Below the pieces are notes generated by a model that worked only from the letters and a program-made list of their open reading frames with translations, was not told the origin of the DNA and searched no databases. A stretch of 45,237 bases of DNA from Coriobacteriaceae bacterium (GTDB lineage Bacteria > Actinomycetota > Coriobacteriia > Coriobacteriales > Eggerthellaceae). The stretch lies in NCBI GenBank assembly GCA_031256895.1, contig JAIRPR010000165.1:1-45237 (forward strand), read 5' to 3'. The stretch's first letter is position 1, and each line of letters starts with the position of its first letter. This document shows, in pieces, positions 8,905-17,364 of this stretch. The position numbers and the translations under genes were made by a program.

Positions 8905-10785
8905 TTACAGCTTGGCCAGGTCGCGGCCTAGAAGGTAGGAAAGCGTGCAGCAGACGCCGCCCATGTTCTGGCCGAACACGACGAAGTTGTAGGTCGTCGA
9001 ATAGAAGTCGCCCGTCATGATGCCGGTGTTGTACAGGCCTTCGATGGGGGTATCGTCCTCGGCGCAGACCTGCATGTCGGCATTGGTGCGCAGGCCGCCG
9101 CAGATGGTGAGGAAGGTGCTCTGGCCGCCAGGCGTGGCGCAAGAAGCGTAGAAGGGCGGGGTCGAGATGGGATGCAGCACCTTGGCGTTGACATGGAATT
9201 CCTCATCGTTGCCCTGTTTGGCGTAGCGGTCGTAATCCTGGATGGACTTCTTGGCGGCGGCGATATCGATGGGATGGAAAGCGTTCACTTGCTTCAGCAG
9301 GTCATCGATGGTATCTGCCTTGAAAGAGCTCTGCGGGCCAGAAGGGCCGAAGGGACCGGCAGGGGCGTTGGGGTCGGGCGGGGTGGAAGCGGCATCCCAA
9401 GAGGCTATCATCATCTCGGGGGTCGAGGGCATGATGCCGTTCTCGCGCCCGACGTTCACCCCGAAGGCCTCCCATTCATCCTTCAGATAGGCGTAATCCT
9501 GCTGCCAGACCGAGAAGGCGAACTTGTCCTTCTGGTTGAGCAGCGCCACGCCGCCGTGACCGAAGTTCACGGTCTCGCGCTGGAAGCGCTTGCCGTCGGA
9601 ATTCAGGTTGATGCACCAGCTGTTGTCGATGGCATTCCATTGGGGCCCCGGAACGCCTACGTTGATCATGGGCGAGACATTGTTCTTCTGCCAGGCAGCC
9701 CCGACCCAAAGGCCCATCTTGTGGCCATCGCCCGGCAAAAGCCCGGTGAAGTTCAGTTCGATGTCGAAGTTCGGCTCGGCTTCCCATTCCCAATTGATGG
9801 TGTCCTTGTACATCTTGTAGGTCCAGGGGGCATATTTTGCCATCATGTCGCGGTTTGTGGAGAAGTCGCCCGTAGCCAAGACGATGGCCTTATTGGCCAC
9901 ATATTTGACATAGCTGCCGTCCTTGCGCCGAGCAACGACCGCTTCGACCTTTCCGCTCTGGCCGTTGGGCTGCCCGCCGCGTATAAGGTAAAGGCCGCGG
10001 GTGTTGAAATCGATGGTGCCGCCGCGCTCGACAAAGGTGTCCGCATAAGCCTGGGCTTGCAGCGGGGCGCCGAAGAGGGCCCCGAAAGGCTGCTCGTCGG
10101 TGAAGAAGTTGTGCGATGCCGGGGGTGAGTCGAGGATCCCATCGGGGTCCCAATAGCCTGGCTCCATCGACACCTTCAAGCCCTTCTTGGCCATGATGTC
10201 GATCATCCAGTCCATGGATTCGCCCGAGGCGTTGCGCCATTTTGCCCACATCTGCTGGTTCTGCTGGTAGGCACCCGAAACGTTCTCAACCTTGAACAGG
10301 TGGTTCAACTCCTCGGAATCGGCATCGACATCCACGCCGAGCGATTTCTGATAGGTGGACCCCAGGGCGGAATTCGAGCCACCACGGCCGATCGGTCGAG
10401 ACCCTGCCGTGAAAAGGCGCACGTCGCCACCGGCTTCCTGGCACGATACGGCGGTGCAAAGGCCGGATGGCCCAGAGCCCACCACGATGATGTCGGCGGT
10501 GAAGGTCTCGGCTATCTGGCTGTCGGGCACCGGTTCGTAAGGCACCTCGAAGCTCCACTTCATGTCCATCGAATCGGCCGTGAGCACCGTTTCGCTGTCG
10601 AGCGTGGCAAGCGGCGGGGCTGTGGTCTTGGACGCCTCATCAGCTGGCTTGGGCGAGCAAGCCGCAAGCCCTGAAGTTGCGGCGACGGCGCCGATGACGG
10701 CCGCCCCCTTCAACAGGTCGCGTCGGGACATCTTGACCTCTTGGTTGCGGTAGCGAAACTCAACATTGTCTTCGTGTTGTTCCAT
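8905..10785 (-). CDS. Tat-exported, probably lipid-anchored FAD-dependent oxidoreductase (fumarate reductase/FAD_binding_2 flavoprotein family)
   Basis: Start placed at ATG 10785 (AAGGAGG 5 nt upstream); the track ORF starts 22 codons earlier. Twin-arginine motif SRRDLLKGAAVIGAVAATSGLAAC with lipobox LAAC. FAD dinucleotide fold IIVVGSGPSGLC. The C-terminal LRTN...GLYNTG pattern is typical of this flavoprotein family. Confidence 0.88.
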   Translation of the reverse strand: MEQHEDNVEFRYRNQEVKMSRRDLLKGAAVIGAVAATSGLAACSPKPADEASKTTAPPLATLDSETVLTADSMDMKWSFEVPYEPVPDSQIAETFTADIIVVGSGPSGLCTAVSCQEAGGDVRLFTAGSRPIGRGGSNSALGSTYQKSLGVDVDADSEELNHLFKVENVSGAYQQNQQMWAKWRNASGESMDWMIDIMAKKGLKVSMEPGYWDPDGILDSPPASHNFFTDEQPFGALFGAPLQAQAYADTFVERGGTIDFNTRGLYLIRGGQPNGQSGKVEAVVARRKDGSYVKYVANKAIVLATGDFSTNRDMMAKYAPWTYKMYKDTINWEWEAEPNFDIELNFTGLLPGDGHKMGLWVGAAWQKNNVSPMINVGVPGPQWNAIDNSWCINLNSDGKRFQRETVNFGHGGVALLNQKDKFAFSVWQQDYAYLKDEWEAFGVNVGRENGIMPSTPEMMIASWDAASTPPDPNAPAGPFGPSGPQSSFKADTIDDLLKQVNAFHPIDIAAAKKSIQDYDRYAKQGNDEEFHVNAKVLHPISTPPFYASCATPGGQSTFLTICGGLRTNADMQVCAEDDTPIEGLYNTGIMTGDFYSTTYNFVVFGQNMGGVCCTLSYLLGRDLAKL

Positions 10786-11154
10786 GTTTCCTCCTTTTGT
10801 CGTTGCCGGACACAGGCACCTTCTTCGATCGATGCGAACACCGTGTTGCAAACGGCCATGCCGCGGCGCAATCCCGAGAAAGGCCAGGATGGGTCTTCCC
10901 GGTGCCTACGGCGTCTCGCAAAGTCTTCAGGGTGCTGGCTGTATCCCCTTTCCGTTCTTGGGCACCGGCCTCCCAATGAGCCTTGTGCCTCTGTCCCGGA
11001 TAGCATCCGGATGAACAGGATTATAGGCTTGTCCCGCACCTTAAGGGGCCACATAGAATTGGTGGTCCTGCGTTTATGCAGGTAGAGGCTAGATAAAAGA
11101 AAGCATGAGGGGGTTGCTCTGTTCCACTGACAATCCCTCTGTGCCCGTGTCTTG

Positions 11155-11655
11155 TCAATAGCCGTTCGTGTGTACGCGGTCGGGGTCGAAGCGCGGGGTG
11201 GCACCTGCCTGCGTGGCCGGATAGCCTATCGCTATCATCGAGAAGGGTTCTACCTCTGCGGGCAGCGCCAGTGCTTGGGTGATGACGTCCATGCGCTCAC
11301 GTATGGGGAAGATGCCCAACCAGCAGGCGCCAAGCCCCAGGCTTACTGCCTCAAGCAGGATGTTCTGGGTGACCGCAGAAAGGTCTGACTGCACGTCTTC
11401 GGGAAAGCGCAGGCCAAATGTCCGCGCCAGAACCACTATGCCCAAGGGCGCCCGTTTAAGGGGCCCCGTATAGGGGCTTGCTTCGCAAAGGGCGTCCTTG
11501 AGGGCGGGATCATCCACTACGACGAACTCCCAGGGTTGTTGGTTCCCCGCCGAAGGCGCCTGCATCCCCGCACGTAAGAGCTGTTCCACCTTTTCTGGCT
11601 CGACTGGTTGATCGGTGAACTCCCGCACGCTTCTCCGCTCGAATATCTCTTTCAT
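11155..11655 (-). CDS. Nitroreductase family protein
   Basis: 166-aa ORF with RRSVREFTDQPV at the N-terminus plus the QPWEFVVV and GLGACWLG blocks typical of the NADH oxidase/flavin nitroreductase fold. Confidence 0.85.
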   Translation of the reverse strand: MKEIFERRSVREFTDQPVEPEKVEQLLRAGMQAPSAGNQQPWEFVVVDDPALKDALCEASPYTGPLKRAPLGIVVLARTFGLRFPEDVQSDLSAVTQNILLEAVSLGLGACWLGIFPIRERMDVITQALALPAEVEPFSMIAIGYPATQAGATPRFDPDRVHTNGY

Positions 11656-11658
11656 AAG

Positions 11659-11682
11659 CCTTCCTTCCTTCCTTCCTTCCTT
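11659..11682. repeat. (CCTT)6 tetranucleotide microsatellite, which is (AAGG)6 on the coding strand immediately upstream of the nitroreductase ATG
   Basis: ccttccttccttccttccttcctt at 11659-11682. On the minus strand it reads AAGGAAGG... and ends 3 nt before the ATG at 11655. Confidence 0.9.
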
Positions 11683-11699
11683 ATTGAGGTGCCTTTTTC

Positions 11700-11971
11700 A
11701 AAGCTTGCAACCTTGGGTCAAGCCTCGGGCGCCGCTCAGCGGATCCCGATCCGAAGCCGAACCTGAAGCCCCGTGTGCCGCACTGCTAAAAAACCAAAGG
11801 GCTGCACGGCCAGTCCCGGCGCCACTCAGCCGAAGCCCGATCCGAAGCCGGATCGCCGCTCAGCCGCAGCCATGGTCCCGCTCAGCCGAGGCCAAGCCCG
11901 CAGTCAGAGTACCGCTCAACAAAAAACCGGATCGCCGTTCAACCGAAGCCAAGGCCGAAACCAGGGCGTTC
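11700..11971. repeat. Degenerate repeats of a CGCTCAGCCGAAGCC-like unit between metA and the nitroreductase gene
   Basis: At least six copies (starting near 11735, 11826, 11860, 11882, 11938 and the metA 3' end at 11972), all resembling the last codons plus stop of metA (tcaatcgaagtcgg on the plus strand). Confidence 0.6.
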
Positions 11972-12925
11972 TCAATCGAAGTCGGGGCGGCTGCCTTCCC
12001 GTTCCCCTTCTGCCAGGGCATTGAGGTCGTAGGGCGTCGATTGATAGACGTAGTAGTTCAACCAGTTGGTATAGAGCAGCTGGGCATGCGAGCGCCAGGT
12101 GGTCACGGGTGCTTGGCAGGGGTCGTTTTCCGGGTAGTAGTTCACGGGGATGTCGATATCATCACCTTTATCCAGGTCACGCAGGTATTCGACCTGTAAG
12201 GTCTCGGGGTCGTACTCGGGGTGTCCGAATACGAAGAAGTCGCGGCTGTCGGTGCTCTTCGCGATGTAGACGCCGGCCTCGTCAGAGACCGCGATCAGCT
12301 CCAGTGAGGGATGCGCCTCGATATCGGCGGCGTGCACCTCGGTGTAGCGCGAATGGGGCGCCCGGAACACGTCATCGAAGCCGCGCACCAAAGGAGAAGA
12401 CGATTTGGCAACCCGGTGATCGAATACGCCGAAAAGCTTCTTCCCCAGGTCGTACTTGGGGATGCCATAGTGGTAGTAGATCCCTGCCTGTGCGCCCCAA
12501 CAGATATGGAAGGTGCTGTACACATTGGTGCGCGACCATGCCATGATGGCGGTCAGTTCGTCCCAATAATCGACGTCCTCGAAGTCAAGGCGCTCGACGG
12601 GGGCACCGGTGATGATGAGTCCGTCGAAGCGCTCGTCCTTGATATCGTCGAAGCTGGTATAGAAGTTCTCCAGATGCTGCTCCGAGACGTTCTTGGCGGT
12701 ATGGCTGGCAGTCTGCATCAGCTCAATCTCAAGTTGGAGGGGCGTATTGGAAAGCTTGCGCAGGATCTGCGTCTCGGTGACTATCTTGGTCGGCATGAGG
12801 TTCAATAACAGGATGCGCAATGGCCGGATGTCCTGGTGCATGGCCCGAAGCTCTGTCATAACGAAGATGTTCTCGCTTTCAAGGATGCTGGTGGCGGGCA
12901 GCGAGTCGGGTATCCGTATGGGCAT
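11972..12925 (-). CDS. metA: Homoserine O-acyltransferase (MetA family; succinyl or acetyl specificity not decidable)
   Basis: [11 protein letters not shown]...[41 protein letters not shown] and HICWGAQAG match the MetA/HTS family along the full 317 aa. Confidence 0.92.
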   Translation of the reverse strand: MPIRIPDSLPATSILESENIFVMTELRAMHQDIRPLRILLLNLMPTKIVTETQILRKLSNTPLQLEIELMQTASHTAKNVSEQHLENFYTSFDDIKDERFDGLIITGAPVERLDFEDVDYWDELTAIMAWSRTNVYSTFHICWGAQAGIYYHYGIPKYDLGKKLFGVFDHRVAKSSSPLVRGFDDVFRAPHSRYTEVHAADIEAHPSLELIAVSDEAGVYIAKSTDSRDFFVFGHPEYDPETLQVEYLRDLDKGDDIDIPVNYYPENDPCQAPVTTWRSHAQLLYTNWLNYYVYQSTPYDLNALAEGEREGSRPDFD

Positions 12926-13287
12926 GGCGCTTCCTTTCTTCAGGGACTACATCGATGTCGTGCTTGTTCCCAAGCCTTCTGCTGGTGCCGGTGCGCCTTT
13001 TGGGCGATGTTTTGCCTCGCCGGGAGCCGTCGAGGGAAAACAAGGGTGCCGGGCAATGCAGAATACCGTATACTTTACCACACCACAAGACGGCCAAGGC
13101 TGTTTCGTGCGGTTTATTTTAAGGGGTCAGTGTCTGCCTCCACCGGTCTCACGTAAAAAACGCCGGAAGCTGGACGAAGGTTTGCAGCTGAGCTGCACGA
13201 ATGCCAGAACAGGCCATGGTGGGCAGGTGGGGCGCAGGCGATGGCCCCAAAGAGATTCGATCAAAGAGAACCGATAGGAGCCTTACC

Positions 13288-14580
13288 ATGAGCCAAGACA
13301 CCGAAGTCTCGCTTGAAACCGTGTGCGTACAGGGCGGGTACCGCCCTCAAAACGGCGAGCCGCGCCAAGTGCCCATCATACAGAGCACCACCTTCAAATA
13401 CGATACCAGCGAATTCATGGGGAAGCTTTTCGACCTGGAGGAATCCGGTTATTTCTACACGCGCCTGCAGAACCCCACCAACGACCATGTGGCAGGGAAG
13501 ATCGCCGCGCTCGAAGGGGGCACTGCGGCCATGTTGACCTCGTCGGGGCAGGCGGCAAGCTTCTATGCGGTATTCAACATAGCCTCAGCGGGCGATCATG
13601 TGGTTGCCTCGTCGGCCATCTATGGCGGGACTTACAACCTTTTCGCTGTCACCATGAGGCGCATGGGCATAAGCTTCACCTTCGTGGACCCCGATTGCTC
13701 CGATGCCGAACTGGAAGCGGCATTCACGCCCCAGACGAAGGCGGTCTTCGGAGAGACCATAGCCAATCCGGCGCTTTCGGTGTTCGACATAGAGCGTTTC
13801 GCCAAGGCCGCGCACGACCATGGGGTGCCATTAATCGTGGACAACACCTTTCCCACACCGGTCAACTGCCGCCCCTTTGAATGGGGGGCAGATATCGTCA
13901 CGCATTCGACCACGAAGTACATGGATGGCCACGGAGCAGGCGTCGGCGGGTGCATCGTGGATTCTGGGAACTTCGATTGGGACGCCCACGCAGACCGGTT
14001 CCCCGGCCTCACCACTCCTGATGAAAGCTATCATGGGGTGGTCTATACCGAACGCTTCGGTTTGGAAGGCGCATTTATCACCAAGGCAACAGCGCAGCTC
14101 ATGCGCGATTTCGGTTCGATACAAGCCCCTCAGAACGCCTTCCTGCTGAACTTGGGGCTGGAAAGCCTGCATCTTCGCATGGCACAGCATTGCAGAAACG
14201 GCTTGGCATTGGCCTCGTTCTTGAGCGGGCATCCCAAGGTGGCCTGGGTGCGCTACCCCTCGCTCCCGAGCGACCGCTATTTCGAACGTGCGCAGAAGTA
14301 TCTCCCGCAAGGCTCATGCGGCGTGGTGAGCTTCGGTGTTGCGGGCGGCAGGCAGGCGGCGGAAAGGTTCATGAAGAACCTCAGGCTTGCCCAGATAGCC
14401 ACCCATGTGGCCGATGCGCGCACCTGTGTGCTGCATCCGGCAAATGCCACCCACCGTCAGATGAACGATGAAGAGCTGGCTGCGGCCGGCATCACCCCCG
14501 ACCTGGTGCGCCTTTCTTGCGGCATCGAAGGCACCCAGGACCTCGTAGACGACGTCGCTCAAGCGCTCGACGCCGTCTAG
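13288..14580 (+). CDS. metY: O-acetylhomoserine (thiol)-lyase / aminocarboxypropyltransferase (Cys/Met PLP family)
   Basis: Start placed at ATG 13288 (GGAG 8 nt upstream); the track ORF begins 29 codons earlier in non-homologous sequence. Supporting motifs: QSTTFKYDT, YTRLQNPTNDHVAGKIAALEGG and the PLP-lysine block HSTTKYMDGHG. Divergent from metA. Confidence 0.9.
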   Translation: MSQDTEVSLETVCVQGGYRPQNGEPRQVPIIQSTTFKYDTSEFMGKLFDLEESGYFYTRLQNPTNDHVAGKIAALEGGTAAMLTSSGQAASFYAVFNIASAGDHVVASSAIYGGTYNLFAVTMRRMGISFTFVDPDCSDAELEAAFTPQTKAVFGETIANPALSVFDIERFAKAAHDHGVPLIVDNTFPTPVNCRPFEWGADIVTHSTTKYMDGHGAGVGGCIVDSGNFDWDAHADRFPGLTTPDESYHGVVYTERFGLEGAFITKATAQLMRDFGSIQAPQNAFLLNLGLESLHLRMAQHCRNGLALASFLSGHPKVAWVRYPSLPSDRYFERAQKYLPQGSCGVVSFGVAGGRQAAERFMKNLRLAQIATHVADARTCVLHPANATHRQMNDEELAAAGITPDLVRLSCGIEGTQDLVDDVAQALDAV

Positions 14581-14742
14581 GGCAGCCGGGCGGCTTCGTC
14601 GCAGTGGCCGATGTGGTCAAGGCGACGACGTCGCCCAAGCGCTCGAGGCCGTGTAGGGGCGCTTGGGGTAGTAAACATTCATAGAGTAGCGTCTGCCGTT
14701 GGTGTCGCCCAAGCGCTCAAAGCCGTGTAGGGGCGCTTGGGG
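14554..14742. repeat. Tandem triplication (period 76/74 bp) of the last codons plus stop codon of metY
   Basis: GTCGCtCAAGCGCTCGAcGCCGTcTAGGG at 14554 is the real gene end (DVAQALDAV*). Copies at 14630-14668 and 14704-14742 would read VAQALEAV* and VAQALKAV*. Each downstream copy also forms the hairpin CCCAAGCGC / GCGCTTGGG. Confidence 0.85.
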
Positions 14743-14928
14743 GGAAAGCCTGTCTTTGCGAGCCCCCTGAAGCCCGGTGAAACAGGGAAGGGTGAAAGCA
14801 AGATATCCTGCAGGGTAACGGCCTTGTTCCCATGACCTATTGGTGCCGCCGCAGGGCGACGGGATGGAGTCAAACATGGAAACAGCGTGGAAATAGGCTG
14901 AGGATGCCCTTTGAAGGCGCTGTTTTCG

Positions 14929-14958
14929 TTGACTTTGGGCATCACGTGCGCATATAAT
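14929..14958 (+). promoter_or_regulatory. Putative sigma-70-type promoter of rplM-rpsI
   Basis: TTGACT (14929-14934), 18-nt spacer, TATAAT (14953-14958). This implies a roughly 150-nt leader before the GTG at 15117. Confidence 0.45.
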
Positions 14959-15116
14959 GCAAAGGTTCGCTTTCAAAAGCCCCGTGTAGCAGGGTCTTGC
15001 ATGACCGTCTGACAGGAGTCCAGACCTCAAGGACGGCGCTGGCGTAGGAAACCGGCATCTTGTAAAGTCCTGCACTTTTGAAACTGACAAGTAAATTGCA
15101 TAACGGAGGAAGTAAC

Positions 15117-15554
15117 GTGAAGACGTATTACGCAAAGCCCCACGAGATAGAACGTGAGTGGCTCGTGATCGACGCAGCCGACCAAGTGCTCGGCCGCGTT
15201 GCCAGCAAGGCTGCCCACATCTTGAAGGGCAAGCACAAGCCGCAGTACACGCCCCATATCGATACCGGCGATTTCGTTGTTATCGTCAACGCCGACAAGA
15301 TCAAGCTGACCGGCTCGAAGGCGGCTTCGAAGGAATACTACCGTCACAGCGGGTATCCGGGCGGCCTGAAGGTCGAAAGCTTCGAAGAGGCCATGGCCAA
15401 GCATCCAGAGCGCGTGATGGAACATGCGGTGAAAGGCATGCTGCCGAAGAACACCCTGGGACGCGCCATGGGCAAGAAGCTCAAGGTGTATGCAGGCCCC
15501 GAACATCCGCACATGGCTCAGAAACCCCGCGAGATCAAGATGGAGGATAACTAA
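15117..15554 (+). CDS. rplM: 50S ribosomal protein L13
   Basis: GTG start at 15117 with GGAGGA 6 nt upstream. [20 protein letters not shown]...[18 protein letters not shown]...[20 protein letters not shown] aligns end to end with L13. The track ORF adds 13 non-homologous codons. Confidence 0.95.
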   Translation: MKTYYAKPHEIEREWLVIDAADQVLGRVASKAAHILKGKHKPQYTPHIDTGDFVVIVNADKIKLTGSKAASKEYYRHSGYPGGLKVESFEEAMAKHPERVMEHAVKGMLPKNTLGRAMGKKLKVYAGPEHPHMAQKPREIKMEDN

Positions 15555-15946
15555 TGGCAGGTGAAGCTTTGTATTACGGCACCGGCCGCAGGAAGAATGC
15601 TATCGCCCGCGTTCGTCTTGTCCCGGGTTCCGGTAAGGTAGTGGTCAATGGCCGCGACGGAAACGAGTATTTCGGGCGTGAGGCCTTGGTCGATTACGCC
15701 AAGGCACCCTTCAGGGCGACCGATACCGTAGATCACTTCGATGTAATGGCTACCCTGAACGGGGGTGGCATTTCCGGCCAGGCCGGTGCCTTGCGCCATG
15801 GCATAGCCCGTGCCCTGCTTGCAGCAGGCGACTATCGCGCCGAACTGAAGAAGGCCGGGTTCCTTACCCGTGACGCCCGTATGGTGGAACGTAAGAAGTA
15901 CGGCCTGAAAAAGGCTCGCAAGCGCCCGCAGTTCAGCAAGCGCTAG
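15554..15946 (+). CDS. rpsI: 30S ribosomal protein S9
   Basis: 130-aa [23 protein letters not shown]...VNGR and the C-terminal [22 protein letters not shown] are S9 hallmarks. TAATG overlap with rplM. Confidence 0.95.
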   Translation: MAGEALYYGTGRRKNAIARVRLVPGSGKVVVNGRDGNEYFGREALVDYAKAPFRATDTVDHFDVMATLNGGGISGQAGALRHGIARALLAAGDYRAELKKAGFLTRDARMVERKKYGLKKARKRPQFSKR

Positions 15947-16058
15947 ACCCTGCAAGCCGGTTCGGCTTGTGGCGGATGCTTCCAATCGGAAGGCTCTGCC
16001 CACAACGCTGAATCACCAGGGAAGAAGAAGACAAGCAGAAGGCCCGCACAACAGCGGG

Positions 16059-16234
16059 CCTTCGAGCAAGGAACCATGCCAGGCATCCGCAGAAGGCTAC
16101 CGGAAAAAACGCCTTCTGGCGTGTCCCGGGGCACCTTCGAACAAGGAGCCATGCCTGGCACCCGCAGCGGGCTGCCAGGAAGAACGCCCCTGGTGCTTCC
16201 CGCAAGGACCTTCGAGTGAGGAACCATGCCAGGC
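16059..16234. repeat. Three tandem 75-bp units, each carrying an SD-like box plus ATG; the third is the real gntR-family start
   Basis: CCTTCGAgCAAGGAaCCATGCCaGGC at 16059, 16134 and 16209 (period exactly 75/75). The ATGs at 16076, 16151 and 16226 are all in one frame. The upstream copies form a 47-codon ORF that stops at TGA 16217-16219, 6 nt before the real ATG. Confidence 0.85.
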
Positions 16235-16999
16235 CCTGTGGTCAGCGACGTTATCGAGAACATCCACGCCTTGATCCTTCGGGGCGAGACAGGCCTTGGA
16301 GGCAGGCTGCCTTCTGAACGTGCCTTGGCTGACATGCTCTGCGTATCCCGTTCGAGCATCCGTGAGGCCATCAAGGAAATGAAGGCATCAGGTCAGCTGG
16401 AGTCGCGTCGTGGCCGACGTGGCGGCACCTTTGCCTTGGCAGACGGCCCAGCCTGGCAAGACCGTGGGAGGATGGAAGTGACCAGGGATTCATCTTTGGT
16501 CATCGGGCGCAAGGTGGGAAGGCTCTGGACCTTGCACAACGAAGCCGCACAGGAGGGGTATGAGTTGGACACCCAGGTCATATCTGCCTGCTTGGAGCAC
16601 TGCCCCAGCTGGCTTTGCGAGATGTTCGGGCTTGTCGGCTCGCGTTCGTTGTACCGGATAGTAAGGAAGCGTTCGCTGGCCGACCAACCCGTTTCCTATG
16701 AACAGACCTACTTTGCTCCAGCACGGTTTCCTGACCTGCTCAAACAAGACCTCACACAATCGTTGCTCTTGATGGCCATCGACCTCTATCACGAAAAAGC
16801 CACCGAGATAGAAGAACAGGTTGAAGTGGTGGCTGCCCGCGGCAAGACAGCCCAGCACCTCAAGGCAAATGCCAAGGCCTCTCTGTTGAAGGTGGAGATG
16901 AGGGTCATCGATACCTCGGGTACCACTATTCTGTATTCCCAGGATCACTACCGGCCAGATCATGTGCGCCTGACCATACGGAACCATGTTGATGCCTAG
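16226..16999 (+). CDS. GntR-family transcriptional regulator, HutC/UTRA subfamily
   Basis: The N-terminal wHTH LPSERALADMLCVSRSSIREAIKEMKASGQLESRRGRRGGTF is followed by a UTRA-like effector domain (YRIVRKRSLADQPVSYEQTYF...). Confidence 0.85.
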   Translation: MPGPVVSDVIENIHALILRGETGLGGRLPSERALADMLCVSRSSIREAIKEMKASGQLESRRGRRGGTFALADGPAWQDRGRMEVTRDSSLVIGRKVGRLWTLHNEAAQEGYELDTQVISACLEHCPSWLCEMFGLVGSRSLYRIVRKRSLADQPVSYEQTYFAPARFPDLLKQDLTQSLLLMAIDLYHEKATEIEEQVEVVAARGKTAQHLKANAKASLLKVEMRVIDTSGTTILYSQDHYRPDHVRLTIRNHVDA

Positions 17000-17101
17000 G
17001 AAGAGATGATCTGGCCAGGCTTCCCTTAAGGCGAAATTACCGTCTTGCTGGTAAACTCGTTCGTTGCGGGGGCGCTTCTTCACCGGCTTCCCCGATGAAG
17101 G

Positions 17102-17169
17102 ATGTGCCCGCACGGGGAAAGGGGGGAAGGCAAGTATGTGCCCGGGCGGGGAAAGGGGGAGGGCAAGGG
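17102..17169. repeat. Tandem 34-nt G-rich duplication in the gntR-permease spacer
   Basis: ATGTGCCCGCACGGGGAAAGGGGGGAAGGCAAGT (17102-17135) is followed directly by ATGTGCCCGGGCGGGGAAAGGGGGAGGGCAAGGG (17136-17169). Multiple G3-G6 runs on the plus strand. Confidence 0.8.
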
Positions 17170-17364
17170 GGTGTTTTCTCCCAATGGTACGAAATGGTAT
17201 GAAATCTCTAATTAAGGTATGTGAAACGCTGCTGAAACAATGGCTCGGTATCTTTGACTCAAGGCCTCGTGCGGTGCAAAGACCTCTCAAAGACAGCTTT
17301 GAAGAACGGTTTTCCCGACACGCGCGAGTGCATCGCCCACAAGTCACGAGAATCGAGGAAGATT

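Noticed and set aside
9172-10128. 318-aa plus-strand ORF inside the flavoprotein gene, plus several shorter ORFs in 8700-11200.
   Set aside because: They are antisense to, or out of frame with, a gene that has clear FAD-binding and Tat motifs. They show no motifs of their own.
12926-13287. A possible SAM-responsive riboswitch (SAM-I/S-box or SAM-IV) in the 362-bp divergent metA-metY spacer.
   Set aside because: I could not find the conserved cores on either strand (for example the CCGGCAACC-type junction with the matching P1-P4 helices). Only generic hairpins are present (GCAGCtgaGCTGC, GGCCAT...ATGGCC). An Rfam cmscan would be needed, so no call was made.
14617-16374. Minus-strand ORFs 14617-15135 (172 aa), 15027-15512, 15551-16003 and 15943-16374.
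   Set aside because: They overlap rplM/rpsI or repeat-filled spacers. Their translations are low-complexity, and the ribosomal-protein frames are unambiguous.
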